Shown one piece after another: positions 38,260 to 50,820 of a DNA stretch of 64,000 nt. The notes under the pieces were generated by a model that had not been told where the DNA came from, did no database searches, and saw only the letters and a list, made by a program, of their open reading frames with translations. Within the stretch, counting starts at the first letter, position 1. The number at the start of each line of letters is the position of its first letter. Location of the stretch: contig NC_086097.1 of NCBI RefSeq assembly GCF_963921235.1, positions 179,430,001-179,494,000 on the forward strand. Direction: 5' to 3'. The stretch comes from Mobula hypostoma. Lineage: Eukaryota. Both the position numbers and the translations under genes were made by a program.

Positions 38260-40345
38260 GAAACCATAAGATATAGGAGCAGGATTAGGCCATTTGGCCC
38301 ATCAAGTCTGCTCTGTCATTTCATCATGGCTGAACCATTTTCCCTCTCAATCTCACGCCTTCCCACGTATCCCTTCATGCCTGGACTAATCAATAATCTA
38401 TCAACCTGTCCCTTAAATAACAGCCGCTTGTGGCAATGAATTCCACAGATTCACTGCTCTCCTGCTAAAGAAATTCCTCCCCATCTCCATTCTAAAAGGA
38501 CATTCGGAGGCTGTGCCCTCTGGTCTTGGACCCCCCCCACCACAGGAAACATCCTCTCCAGGTCCACTGTGTTGAGGCCTTACAATGTTTGACAGGTTTC
38601 AATTAGGTCACCACTCATTCTTCTGAATTCCAGTGAGTAGAGGCCCAGAGCCATCAGACACTCTTTATATGATCAGCCTTTCAATCCTGGAATCGTTTTC
38701 ATGAACCTTCTTTAAACCCTCTCCAATGTAAGTACCTCCTTTCTTGAATAAGAGCTCAAAACTGTTCACAAAACTCCAGGTGAGGCCTCACCAGTACTTT
38801 ATAAAGCCTCAGCATCACATCCTTTTGTATTCTAGTCCTTTCAAAATGAATGCTAACATTGCATTTGGCTTCCTTGCCACCTGTATTTTAGCCTTTAGGG
38901 AATCCTGTGCAAGGACCCCCAAGTCCCTTTGCACCTCAGTTTTCTTTTGTATTTTCTCTCCATGTAGTAAATGGTCTGTGCTTTTATTTCTGTTACCAAA
39001 GTGCATGACCATACACTTCCCAACACTGTATTCCATCTGCCACTTCTTTGCCCATTTTCTTAATCTGTCTAAGTTCTTCTGTAGCCTCTCTTAATTCCTC
39101 AGAACTACCTGCCCCTCTACTATCTTTGTATCTTACACAAACTTGGCCACAGTTCTGTCATCCAAATCATTGACATATAAACTTAAAAAGAAGTGGTCCC
39201 AACAGAGACACCTGTGGAACACCACCAGTCACCGACGGCTAACCAAAAAATTCTCTCTTTATTCCCACTCTTTGCTTCCTGCCAATCAGTCAATGCTCTA
39301 TCCATGCTGGTATCTTTCCTGAAATATCAAGGCTCTTAAACATGTTAAGCACCCTTGTGTGGCACCTTATCAAAGGCCTTCTGAAAATCCAAGTACACAA
39401 CATCTACCGATTCTCTTTTGTCTATCCTGCTTGTTATTTCTTCAAAGAATTCCATCAGATTTGTCAGGCAAGATTTTCCCTTAAGGAACTCTTGCTGACT
39501 TTAGCCTATTTTATCACGTGCCTCCAAGTACCCCAAAACCACATCCTTAACAATCCATTCTAACATCTTCCCAACCACTAGGGTCAAACTAACTGGCCTA
39601 CAGTTTCATTTCTTCTGTCTCTGTCCCTTCTTGAAGAGTGGAGTGACATTTGCAAGTTTCTGTTCAACTAGGACCATGCCAGGATCAATTGATTCTTGAA
39701 GGATCATTACTAATGCCTCCACAATCTCTTCAGCCACCTCTTTCAGAACCCTAGGGTGTACACCATCTGATCCAGGTGACTTAGCTAATTTTAGACCTTT
39801 CAGTTTCCCAAAAACCTTGCCCCTAATAATGGCTACTTCACACACTTCTGCCCCCAACACTCTCGAACTTCTGGCATTCTGCTAGTGTCTTCCACAGTGA
39901 AGACTGATGCATAATACTTACTCAGTTCATCCGTCATTTCCTTGTCCCCTTCTCCAAAATCATCCTCCAGCTGTCCGATACTCTCGCCTCTCTTTTACAT
40001 TTGATATATCTGAAGAAACATTTGGTATCCCCTTTATTGTTATTGGCTAGATTACCTTCATATTCCATTTTTCCTTCTTTATGACTTTTTGTTTACCTTC
40101 TATTGTTTTTTAAGTTTCCCAATCCTCTAACTTCCCACTGAGTTTTGCTCCATTATATGCTCTCTCTTTGGCTTTTATACTGGCTTTGACTTCTCGTCAG
40201 CCACAGCTGCATCATCCTGCTGTTAGAATACTTCTTCCTCTTTGGGATGTATATACCCTGTGCTTTCCGAATTGCTCCCAGAAATTCCAGCCATTGCTGC
40301 TCCGTTGTCATCCTTGCCAGTGTGCTTTTCTAATCAATTTTGGCC
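38260..40345 (-). mobile_element. CR1 LINE, degraded
   Basis: KLKGLK..KSPGSDGVHPRVLKEVAEEIVEALV, ANVTPLFKKG and EVQRDLGVL remnants, with a CR1 3' UTR near 38265. Confidence 0.9.
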
Positions 40346-41139
40346 AATTGTCATTGTTTCCCCCAGGTACTCCAGTTTCTTGCCACATCCCAAAGTTACA
40401 TATGCAGGTTAATATGATAATTAGCTGCTGTATATTACCCCTAGTGTGTAGGTGAGTGGTGGAGGGAGAGTTGATGGGAACGGAGGAAGGGAGAGTAAAA
40501 TGGCATTAGTATAAGTGGATACCTGTGGTTTGTGATGGGTCTGGATTAAAGTCAAATTTGAGTTTGCACAAGTCCCTGTATGCACAGGTGCAATGAAAAA
40601 CTTACTTGCAGCAGCATCACAGGTGCAGAGCATCAGATAAGCAGCACTCACAAATAAAACATAAATTATATACAACTTTTTGCAAGAAAATACAATTAGA
40701 ACAAAAAAAAAGTCAATTTTTGTGCAAAGTAGTCTGAGTGATCAAAGTGTAGTGATTAGGGTTGTGCTGGCTGGTTCAAGAACCATATGGTTGAACGGAA
40801 GTAGCTGTTCCTGCTCCTGAAGCTGGTGGTGTGGGACCGCAGGCTTCTGTACCTCCAGTCCGGTAGTAGCCACAAGAAGATGTTGCAGACCTTTAATGGT
40901 GGAGACAGTGCCCCCTGCACATACTACCAAGTGGGGAGGAATATGCCTCTGATGTATTTGGAAGAGTCCACTACTCTCCGTAGCTTCCGACTGGACTCGT
41001 TGTTGGGCTCAGTTCCAACACTGGATATTATTACTGAAGCTATACTTCCAGAGGAAGAGGGCATGCTCAGCTTGAACTTTTGTTACTACCAAATACTCAT
41101 GTCATATCTGTAATGTATCATAATAGCCCAGCTGGCTAT

Positions 41140-41516
41140 GTGAAGAGGAATACAAAATTTTGAAAGGGATAGATAAGATAGATGTAGGAAAGTCTTTTTC
41201 CATTGGTATATGAGACTAGAACTAGGGGACATTGCCTCAAGATTCAGGGGAGAAGATTTAGGACGGAGATGAGAAGAAACTGTTTTTCCCAGAGAGTGGA
41301 ATTCTCTGCCTAGGGAAGCAATTGAGGCTTCTTCACTAGATATATTTAAGGTACAGTTAGATAGGTTTTTATATAGTAAGGGAATTAAGGGTTGGGGGGA
41401 GAAGGCAGGTAGATGGAGCTGAATTTATGGACAGATCAGCCATGATCTTGCTGAATGGTGGGGCAGGCTCGATGGGCCGGATGGCCTACTGCTGCTCCTA
41501 TTTCTTATGTTCTTAT
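41140..41516 (+). mobile_element. CR1 LINE 3' end
   Basis: RTRGHCLKIQGRRFRTEMRRNCFSQRV, with a 3' UTR ending ttcttatgttctt. Confidence 0.85.
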
Positions 41517-41683
41517 TAGTATTATTGATTTGTTAAATGCAAAGTTTGTTGTCCGTCAGTGGCTCTGCAGTGACCTGAACTGCTCTTCTTGTTACATTAG
41601 AATCTGTGGATGAAATTACATTGTGATTTCATTGTGTAGATGAAATTTTTGTACTCAAGTAACCTTTAAATTCTCTGTTGCAG

Positions 41684-41818
41684 GAGCTGTCCAAGATTGC
41701 CATGCCTGTTATATTTAATGAGCCACTTAGCTTCCTCCAACGACTCACAGAATACATGGAGCACACATATCTCATCCACGAAGCAGTCAATTCCCAAACT
41801 TCATTAGAAAGAATGCAG
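41684..41818 (+). CDS. OSBPL1A: OSBPL1A coding exon
   Basis: ttgcag| and |gtatat; 135 nt; ELSKIAMPVIFNEPLSFLQRLTEYMEHTYLIHEAVNSQTSLERMQ. Confidence 0.97.
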
Positions 41819-42319
41819 GTATATCTGTTGTCTATTGAAATCACATTACTGTGTACATCAGAATCATTCTGGTTTATTATCACTGACTTAGATGATGTGA
41901 ACTTTGTTGTTTTGTGGCACCAGTACAATGCAGATATATAAAATTAAGTTACAAAGCTCGTTTAAGATAAAGGAATAATGAAGTAGTATTTATGGGCTTG
42001 TAGACTGTTTAGAAATCTGATGATAGAGGGGAAGAAGCTGTTCCTACATTGTTGAGTGTGGATTTTTCAGAGTCCTGTATCTCCACCCTGATGGTGGAAA
42101 TGAGAGGAGGGTATCTCCTGGGTGGCGAAGGTCCAGGGTGATGGATGTTACCTTCACTAATCTTCTGAAGATGTACTTGACGGTGTGCTTCTTAGATCTT
42201 ACATCTAAAGTTGCTGTTCTTCACAATTATTACATCTTTTCATGGGGTAAAATGTTGATCAATTTTATATTTCAAAAATTAGAAGTACACATACAATATT
42301 GGAAATGTTAACTTACAAA

Positions 42320-43060
42320 CTGTTCATTTGGTTCAATTCATTACAGCAGTTCATGGAGGTAATACAAGGAAAAAAACAATAACAGAATGCAGAATAAAGT
42401 GTTCCAGATGCAGAGAGAGTGCGGGTGTGGGGAGACAGTAAGGTGTAAGGCCATAACAAGGATCCATGGCAGCATTCAGTAGTCTTCCAGCAGAAGGATA
42501 GAAGCTGTTCTTGAATCTTCAGGCTTTCAGGCTTTTGTTTCTTCTGCCTGGTGGGAGGAAGGAGAAGAGAGAATGTCTGGGGTGGGTGATGTCTTTGACT
42601 ATGAGGAAGCAAGAAGAGTAGGAAGAGTCCACGGAGGGGAAGCTGGTTTCTGTGACGTGCTGATCTGTGTCCACAACTCTGCAGTTTCTTGCAGTGACGG
42701 AATGGCAGTGGCTGTACCAAGCCGTGATAGATGTGGATAAGGTGCTTTCTGTGGTGCACCAGTAAAAATCTCTGAGGGTCAAGGGGGAACAAGCCAAATT
42801 TCTTTGGCTTCTTGAGGGGGTCGAGGTGCTTGTAAGCTTTCTTGGCTGTGGCATCTACATAGTTGCATCAGGACGGGCTGTTGATTATAATTATTCCTAG
42901 GAATGTGAAGCTCTTATCCTCTTGATCTCAGAGCCATTGATGTAAACATAAACATGTGGACTGCCCCTTCCTGAAGTCAATGACCAGCTCTTCTGTTTTG
43001 CTGACATTGAGGGAAAGGCGGTTGTCATGACACAGCGCTAATAGGCTCTCTCTCTAAATA
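42320..43060 (-). mobile_element. Rex/Babar-type LINE 3' fragment
   Basis: LRDFYWCTTESTLSTSITAWY and IVKDITHPRHSLFSFLP remnants. A similar fragment lies at about 47430-48050. Confidence 0.75.
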
Positions 43061-43194
43061 ATCAGCTTTATGTGAATGAGTTGAATGTGTTAATGTAATG
43101 AGAAAGCTTCTGTAGATGATTCTAATCCAAGTAGTAGTACCGTTGATTGTTTTGGAGTAATATATTTTTGTATCTTTTATTAACACTAAAACAG

Positions 43195-43292
43195 TGTGTG
43201 GCAGCCTTCGCCGTTTCAGCTGTGGCCTCTCAGTGGGAGAGAACGGGGAAGCCATTTAACCCTCTCCTCGGCGAGACGTATGAACTTGTCAG
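43195..43292 (+). CDS. OSBPL1A: OSBPL1A coding exon
   Basis: aacag| and AG|gtgagg; 98 nt; CVAAFAVSAVASQWERTGKPFNPLLGETYELV(R), containing the KPFNPLLGETYE ORD motif. Confidence 0.98.
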
Positions 43293-43911
43293 GTGAGGAA
43301 CGTGTACAGTTTTATCTGCTTGTCCAGTCATTTGCTCAACCAGATAACGCTGACAAGTGCTTTTATGAGGCCATATTGTTCCAAGCTTGGGTCAGGTGTG
43401 AGCAGTGTGCTACTCACTGCCAGATGAAGAGGTGGAATGTTTTGGCTCCTTTAAGAAGCTGGATACACACGTGAAAAAGAAAGGAGATGTTTATCCTGAT
43501 GGGATATCGAGATGTTTATACTGATGGGACATCCTAGAGGAATACAGCATTGAAACAGGTCCTTTGGCCCGACTCATTCATAGCAACCAAAGTTTCTTCC
43601 TCAGCTAGTCACTGAGCAATTGAACTAATTTTGAAGTACCTCAGTTCTCAGAGATCAGCTCCATATGTTTTACTTTGAGATACAGCATGGTAACCGGCCC
43701 TTCTGTCCCACTGAACCTGAGCTGTCCAATTGCATCCGTGAGCCCAGTTACCCTACTAACCTTTTTGGTAGCTCTGTCCCCTTTGTTTATGACTTTTCCA
43801 CCAGTGTGAACATCTCCGCACCCTCCTCTCTCAGTCTGCTATGTTGTGCAGTGTTCAGTTTGTACTAGAGTTGATTCGCAGGTTCTATTGATGAACAATC
43901 TGCTTCCACAG

Positions 43912-44094
43912 GCCGGATCTGGGATTCAAGTTAATATCAGAACAAGTTAGTCACCATCCTCCAATCAGTGCCTTCTATGCCGAAGGACTCCATCAGAACT
44001 TTGCTTTCCATGGATCTATATATCCTAAACTGAAATTCTGGGGGAAGAGTGTGGAAGCTGAGCCGAAAGGAATTATCACATTAGAACTGAACAA
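43912..44094 (+). CDS. OSBPL1A: OSBPL1A coding exon with the OSBP fingerprint
   Basis: ccacag| and |gtaagt; 183 nt; PDLGFKLISEQVSHHPPISAFYAEG...YPKLKFWGKSVEAEPKGIITLELN, containing EQVSHHPP. Confidence 0.98.
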
Positions 44095-44321
44095 GTAAGT
44101 AACCGATTCTGCAGGGTAATGAGTATTGTAGAACTAAGACAGCCAAAATGCAGCTCTCGGCCGTAATTTTAACTGAAGGGCAGAACAGAAGATGGTGTCC
44201 TGTGTCGCACAGTGATGAGACACATTTTTGTTTTAAGAAAATGGAACAATAGACCACAATATGTTTCCACGTCAGCCCACGATACTATGCCAAACTATAT
44301 AAACCTACTCCACGATCAATC

Positions 44322-44475
44322 ACAAGCAAGAGAAAATCTGCAGATGTTGGAAATCCAAGCAGCACACACAAAATGCTGGAGGAACTCATCAGGTCAGACA
44401 GCATGGAAAAGAATACAGTCGAAGTTTTGGGCCGTGATCCGTCATCTTGAATCCCTCCAGCACTTTGTGTGTGTG
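44322..44475. mobile_element. Short Penelope-derived foldback element with a 12-bp TSD
   Basis: Flanked by ccacgatcaatc (44310-44321) and ccacggtcaatc (44476-44487). Inverted arms cacacacaaaatgctggagg / cctccagcactttgtgtgtg. Confidence 0.8.
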
Positions 44476-45967
44476 CCACGGTCAATCTAACACATTCCTT
44501 CTACAGAGTCTATAGCCTTCCAGTTTCCTCTCATACATATGCCGATCTGAGAGTCTTTTAAATATCCCTAATCTGTCAACCTCCGCTACCATCCCTGGCA
44601 GTACATTCCAGACACCCACTGCTTTCTGTGTGATAAACTTTTCTCCACTCACCTTAAAAGGATGTCCTCTGGTATTAGCCATTGCCACCCTGAGGCGGGG
44701 GGAAGTACTGGTGGCCCACTCTGTCTATACCTCTCATAATCTTGTACACCTCTCTGTCAGGTCACCTCTCGTCCTCCAAAGAGAAAAGCCCTAACTCACT
44801 AAGCATCTGCTCATAAGACATGCTCTCTAATCCAGGCAGCATCCTGTTAAATCTCCTCTACACCCTCTCTCGATCATCCACGTCCTTCTTAAACTGAAGC
44901 AACCAGAACTGAACACGATATTCCAAATGTAATCTAACCACGGTTTTATAGAGCTGCAACATTAGTTCACGGCTCTTGAACTCAGTCCCCTGACTAATGA
45001 AGACCAGCACACCATACGCCTTCTTAACCACCCTATCACCTTTGTAAAACAAACTGGCATATGCAAAGTCAAAGTATTTAAAGATAAAAGGAATTTGCAA
45101 AAAACTCTGATGCAGTGAGGAAGGAGAGCTGCTACCTCAGAGGTTCGATCCCAGCCACTGGTACTATCTGTACGGAGTTGAACATTCTCTCTGTGACTGG
45201 GGGGGGGGGGGTGCTTTTCTGTAGGTGCTCCCCTCTCCTCCCACATTCCAAAGGCATGCAAGTTTTTAAGATAATTGATTGCCATGATTAGATTAGCTTT
45301 ATTTGTCACGTATTTATCGAAATACAGAAACATACGGTGAAATGTGTTGTTTGTATCAACAACTGGCACAGTCTGAAGGGGCGCTGGGGGTGGGGGCAGG
45401 CTGTAGGTTTTGCCGTGCTTCTGGCACCAGCATAGCGTGCCCACAATTAAGTAGCTCTAGCCCATGTCTTTGGAATGTGGGAAGCAACCAGAGCACACAG
45501 AGGAAACCCACGGGGTCACGGACAGAACGTGCAAACTCCTGACAGGCAGTGGTGGGAATTGAACCGCCACCCTACTGTGCTGCCTTTAGTTTGTGGGTGA
45601 GGGGCAGAATCTGGGTGTAGACTTATAGAGCATTATGACATAAGAAACAGGCCCTTTGGCCCATCGAGTCCATGCCAACCTGGTCTTCTGCCTAGTCCCA
45701 TTTACCTGCACGTTGCCCTAGTCCTCCACACCCCACCCATCCATGTACCTGTCCAACTTTCCCTTAAGTGTTACAGTTGAACCTGCATGGGGACGTGAGG
45801 GTCAGTGCAGAATGAGATGGCATGCACGTGGTGGCTGAGGACCTGACTCAGTGCTGTATCTTTCCAGGCCATGAACTTCATGCATCCTATTTTTCACCTC
45901 AGAGAAGCTGATGGGCCAGTCATGTAATTAATACCTTTGCCCATTGTTTGATGTGTTTCTGTTACAG

Positions 45968-46075
45968 ACACAACGAAGCGTACACTTGGTCAAATCCAAC
46001 CTGCTGTGTGCATAATATTATAGTTGGCCGTCTCTGGATTGAACAGTATGGAAACGTTGAGATAATTAATCACAA
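45968..46075 (+). CDS. OSBPL1A: OSBPL1A coding exon
   Basis: ttacag| and |gtaagt; 108 nt; HNEAYTWSNPTCCVHNIIVGRLWIEQYGNVEIINH. Confidence 0.98.
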
Positions 46076-46151
46076 GTAAGTACCACACTGTGTTTGAATT
46101 AATCTTCACTTTGGAGGTGGGGACGTATTAATCGTGTTTATCTGTGCACAG

Positions 46152-46241
46152 GTCGGGGGAGAAGTGCATTCTGAACTTTAAGCCCTGTGGGCTCTTTGGC
46201 AAAGAACTGCATAAGGTAGAAGGCTACATTCAAGACAAAAG
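46152..46241 (+). CDS. OSBPL1A: OSBPL1A coding exon
   Basis: gcacag| and AG|gtagga; 90 nt; SGEKCILNFKPCGLFGKELHKVEGYIQDK. Confidence 0.97.
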
Positions 46242-48166
46242 GTAGGATGAATCTCCTGCCAGTTTTGCTCATTTTATTGTTAGCTTATCAGGATTTATAG
46301 AGGGACCTTGATCAGCTGGGCAAGTGGGCTGAGGAATGGCAAATGGAGTTTAATTTAGAGAAGGGTGAGGTGTTGCATTTGGGAAGACAAATCAGGGTAG
46401 GTTTTTTTTCCCAGTGAATGACAGAGCACCTGGGAGTGTTGGAACGAAGGACAGTAGAGCACAGTACAGGCAACTTGGCTCAAAGTGCCCTGCTGACCTT
46501 TCACCCTACTCCAAAATCAATTAGTGCTTCCCTTCCATGCAGCCTTCCATTTTTCTTGTCTATGTGCCTACCTAAGAGTTTCTTAAATGTCAGTATAATT
46601 GTTTCTGCTATCAGCCCGGCAGTGCATTTCACACACCTATCACTCTTTGTAAAGTACCTACCTCTGACAATTCCCTCCCCCACTATATTTCTATATTTTC
46701 CTGCCCGTTCGTATTAGTCATTGCTGTCTTGGGAAAAAGGTGCTGGCTGTCCACACTTACATCATCTTATACACCTCTGTCAAGTCACCTCTCATCCTCC
46801 TATGCTCCAAAGAGAAAAGCCCTGTTGTACAAGTAAATGGTCCCATGAAAGTAGTGTCACAGGTAGACAGGATGGTGAAGAAGGCTTTTGACAAGCTGGC
46901 CTTCATCAGTCAGGGCATTGAGTGTAGAGTGTGGGATGTTATGTTGCAATTGCACAAGCCATACTTAGAATATTGTGTTCAGTTTTGGTCGTCCTGCTGT
47001 AGGAAAGATGCCATTAAGCTGGAAAGAGCACAGAGGTTTACAAGGGTGCTGCCCCTCTCATCTTAAATGCTTGCCTTCTGTCGTTAGACATTTTGAATTT
47101 GGGGAAAAGATACCAGCTGTCTATTGTATCTATGTCTCTTATAATCTTACATACTTCTATCAGTTCTCCCCTTAGCCTCCATCACTCCAGAGAAAACAGC
47201 CAAGTTTGTCCAACCTCTCCTCATAGCAGATGGTCTCTGATAGACATATTTAGAAATCCTCTCTAATGCCTCTACATCCTTCCTGTAATGAGGCAACCAA
47301 AACTGAACACAATACTACCCTATTAACCCATGCAGTCACTTTCAGGGAGCTATGGACTGGACCCCAAGCTTCCTTTACTTCAATACTGCTAAGGGTCCTG
47401 CCATTAATAGTGTGCTGTCCCTTTACATGAATCAGAATGAGGTTTTATCATTGGCACATGTTATGAAATTTGTTGTTTTGTGGCAGAAGGACAGTGCAAG
47501 ACATAGAAATATTAAGTTATAATAAAGCATAAAATAAATAATCAGCAGAAATGAGGAATACTGAGGTAGTGTTCACGGACCATTCAGAAATCTGATGGTG
47601 AAAGGCAAGAAGCTGTTCCTAAAGCATCGAGTGAGTGTCTTCAGTTTGCTGTGGGAAAACTGCATGTCCTGGATGGTGAGGGTGGATGCTGCCTTCTTGA
47701 TGATGCCTGGGTGGTGGGGAGGCTTGTGTCTGCATTCAAGCTGGCTGAGGCTACAACTCTCTGCAGCCTCCTTGGACCCAGCACATTAAAGTCACCATAA
47801 CGCAACCAGTCAGAATGTTTTCCACCATATATTTGTAGAAATTTGCAAATCTTTGGCGACATACCAGATCTCCTCAAAGTTCTAATGAGGGATTAAGGTT
47901 GTCATGTTTTCCTCGAGATTGCACCGACATGTTATCCCAGGATAGATCGTCTGAGATGTTGATGACAGGAACTTGAAGCTGCTCAGCCTTTCCACTGCTG
48001 ACCACTCAATGAGTATTGGTGTGTGTTCTCCGGACCTCCCCTTCTGTCCCTCGCATGTACTTTTGTCACCCTGGGGGATCCAAGCCGAGATAAGTGAATG
48101 ATGGTGTACTGTTATTGAACTGTCACTGGCGTACCGCCCTGAAAATTGTAACCTGCTGTGTTACAG

Positions 48167-48293
48167 CAAGAGGAAGCTCTGTGCAATCTATGGGAAGTGG
48201 ACTGAGTGCCTGTGGTGTGTTGATGCCAATACTTTTGATTCCCACAAAAAAAACGATAAGAAAAATTCAGAAGAGAAGAAGTCGAGCAAATCG
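48167..48293 (+). CDS. OSBPL1A: OSBPL1A coding exon
   Basis: ttacag| and |gtaaat; 127 nt; (S)KRKLCAIYGKWTECLWCVDANTFDSHKKNDKKNSEEKKSSKS. KKNDKKN is ORP1-type rather than ORP2-type. Confidence 0.96.
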
Positions 48294-49917
48294 GTAAATG
48301 ATGAATTAATTAAAATTGATACCTCGTTGTCCGTTCCCATGTCTGGCTGACTGTAGCTTTTTGTTTGTGCAGTAATTGGGTCAGTTTGGATTTGTTCTTG
48401 ATTGCCCAGTGGGAAATAGAAGCAGGAGCTGGCCCCTGAAGCCAACTCCACTGATCAGGATCATGGCAGATCACGTGCCTGAAGTCCACTCCCCCAGTCT
48501 GAAAGTATATTGGAGACACAAGAGACTGCCATTTGTGGGATCTGCAGCAACGAACAGGCTGCTGAAGGAATTCAGCAGGCCAAGCAGCAACTGCAGGGCT
48601 GATGCAGGGTTTTGAACTAAAGCAACGGCAATTCCTGTCCTCGCGCAGATGCTGCTCGGCTCAATGAGTTCATCCAGCAGATTGTGGTTGACCAGTGCTC
48701 CTGGTTCTTCTGGCACACTTTCCTTTCTCCTTGGCCACCGTCTTGTAGATGAGTGCTCTCAACCTCGTGGGTTTTAATTCCTGGACATGCTCCCACCTCC
48801 CTCTCCTCCTATCCAGAGGCTTTCCTCGACCTTGTCTGTTGGCCCCAGCCTCCACCTTCAGGGGATCAGTCTCCCAATAGCTCCAGGTTGCAGACCCATC
48901 CCTACTCCTCCAACACATCCACAGGGACAATTCCCTCTGCAGATCTCTGCTGCTCACTCCAGTATCCATCACCCACTCCCTTTTCCCCTTTCTCATGAAG
49001 CTACAGGTGATGTAGTAACTGCTCAGAACATGTGGTACTGCAAGTTGCACGCCAGAATGTCATTGCTGTGATGCATGTCCCCAGCCTGATGTCCCTCTAG
49101 ACTCCAGCCTTCTCTGCTAATCCCTACCCTTCTGTCCCTGCCCTGCACTCCCCTGGGCAGACCTCCTGTTCCTCTAGTCCTTTCCCCTGTGCTCCTGGTG
49201 CTCTGGTCCCTGATATTTGGCACTCTGCTCCTGGGTCTTTTGTTTAATTACAGCCTTTGCTTTGAGATTAATGGCAAAGTGATGCAAAGCAGCTATACAA
49301 AGACCCCAGAGAGTCTGAAATACCTTGATATTTCAAGAATCCTGCTGTGATACTTGGGGACTTTTGTCTCCCTCTATTTTCTGGAACCTGTCCTCTCCGA
49401 GCGGACTGGGCACCAGTTTCCCAAATGAAACGCTTCTATTCCTCAGTTGCAGTACTTTCTGTGGATTCATCCCTGACCCAGTCAACCTCTGCATCCCTCT
49501 CAGACTGCTTGTGGCTTTTGGATAATTCTGATACCCTGAAGTTAAACTTTCATCATTCAGACTCCTTGATGCTGTTGAATTCCCTCAATCTCCCTTGTCC
49601 TTGAAATCTGACTCCTGGCCAGACTTGGGTTGGCTCTCTTCACCTTGGCACCGATGAACTTAAGGTTTGCGATCCTGCTGTTCTCTGTGTCTGATGCTGA
49701 GGTCTCTGCAGTCCTCATGATAGAGGGAAACAGAGGCTGCCCCCTCCCACTGTCCACATTCATGGGAGTGGGCTTTAATCCCTGGCTTTGTCAATGGCGA
49801 CTGCATCCCATGAATGAATGAAAAAGTAATCTCCACAGAAACATTGAACTTTTCTGTACTATCTTTATTATTGCTGTTATGTTTATATCACAATGCATAT
49901 CTGTGTGACCATCCTAG

Positions 49918-50043
49918 TCAGTAGCTTCGGAGAGATCAGAACCCGATGACATGCCACTGCCAGATACCTTGGAAAGTGTACAGGTTATACCAGGAAGCAG
50001 GCTGCTCTGGAAAATATCACCAAGGCCACCAAATTCTGAAAAG
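49918..50043 (+). CDS. OSBPL1A: OSBPL1A coding exon
   Basis: cctag| and AAG|gtgagc; 126 nt; SVASERSEPDDMPLPDTLESVQVIPGSRLLWKISPRPPNSEK. The acceptor was chosen as the only in-frame AG of three tandem AGs. Confidence 0.9.
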
Positions 50044-50820
50044 GTGAGCCTCTTGCCTTCGAAATCGTAAGAGTACAAGAGTTGGGATGTCATGTTAAAG
50101 TTGTCAAGATGTTGGTGAGGCTGAATTTGGAGTATTGTGTGCAGTTCTGGTCACCTACCTACAGGAAAGGTATCAATATGCTTGCAAAGGAAATTTACAA
50201 GGATGTTGCCAGGACTTGAGAGTTACAGGGAAAGGCTGAATAACCTAGGACTTTACTTCCTGGAACACTGGAGCATTAGAGATCTTGCAGAAGCACACAA
50301 AATTATGAGGGATATGGATGGGGTAAATGCATGCAGATTCTCCCCCCCCCCCCAACTGTGTATGACAAGAATTTAGAGGTCATTAGTTAATGTTGAATTC
50401 ATAGATGTGGGTTCAGTTGCAACATGAGAAATTTGGGTGGGTACGTGGATGGCAGCAGTTTGGAGGGATATGGTCCGGGTGTGGGCAGATTGGACTAGGC
50501 ATGGACTAGATGGGCCAAAGCACCTAATTCTGTGCTGTGGTGCTGTGTGACTCCGTGTCTGTGATAATCCACATCCCTCCATTCCCTAACTGTTCGTGTG
50601 TCTAAATCAATGCCTCTTAAACTGCACTGTCATATCTTCTGCCACCACCACAACTATTAGCCCATTACAGACATCCATCTCTCTCTGTAAAACAAAAACT
50701 TGCCCTGCACATCTCCTTTAAATGTTCCCCCTATCCACATTGAGGAAAAATGATCTACCCTATCTATACCTCCCATGATTTTGTAAATTTCCATTAGACT
50801 CTGACACTCCAGAGAAAACC

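Noticed and set aside
48093..48142. C/D snoRNA candidate upstream of an exon
   Set aside because: Imperfect C box, D box about 24 nt from the acceptor, and no stem.
48298..48350. C/D snoRNA candidate (ATGATGA...CTGA)
   Set aside because: The C box is only a few nt from the splice donor, the span is short and there is no terminal stem.
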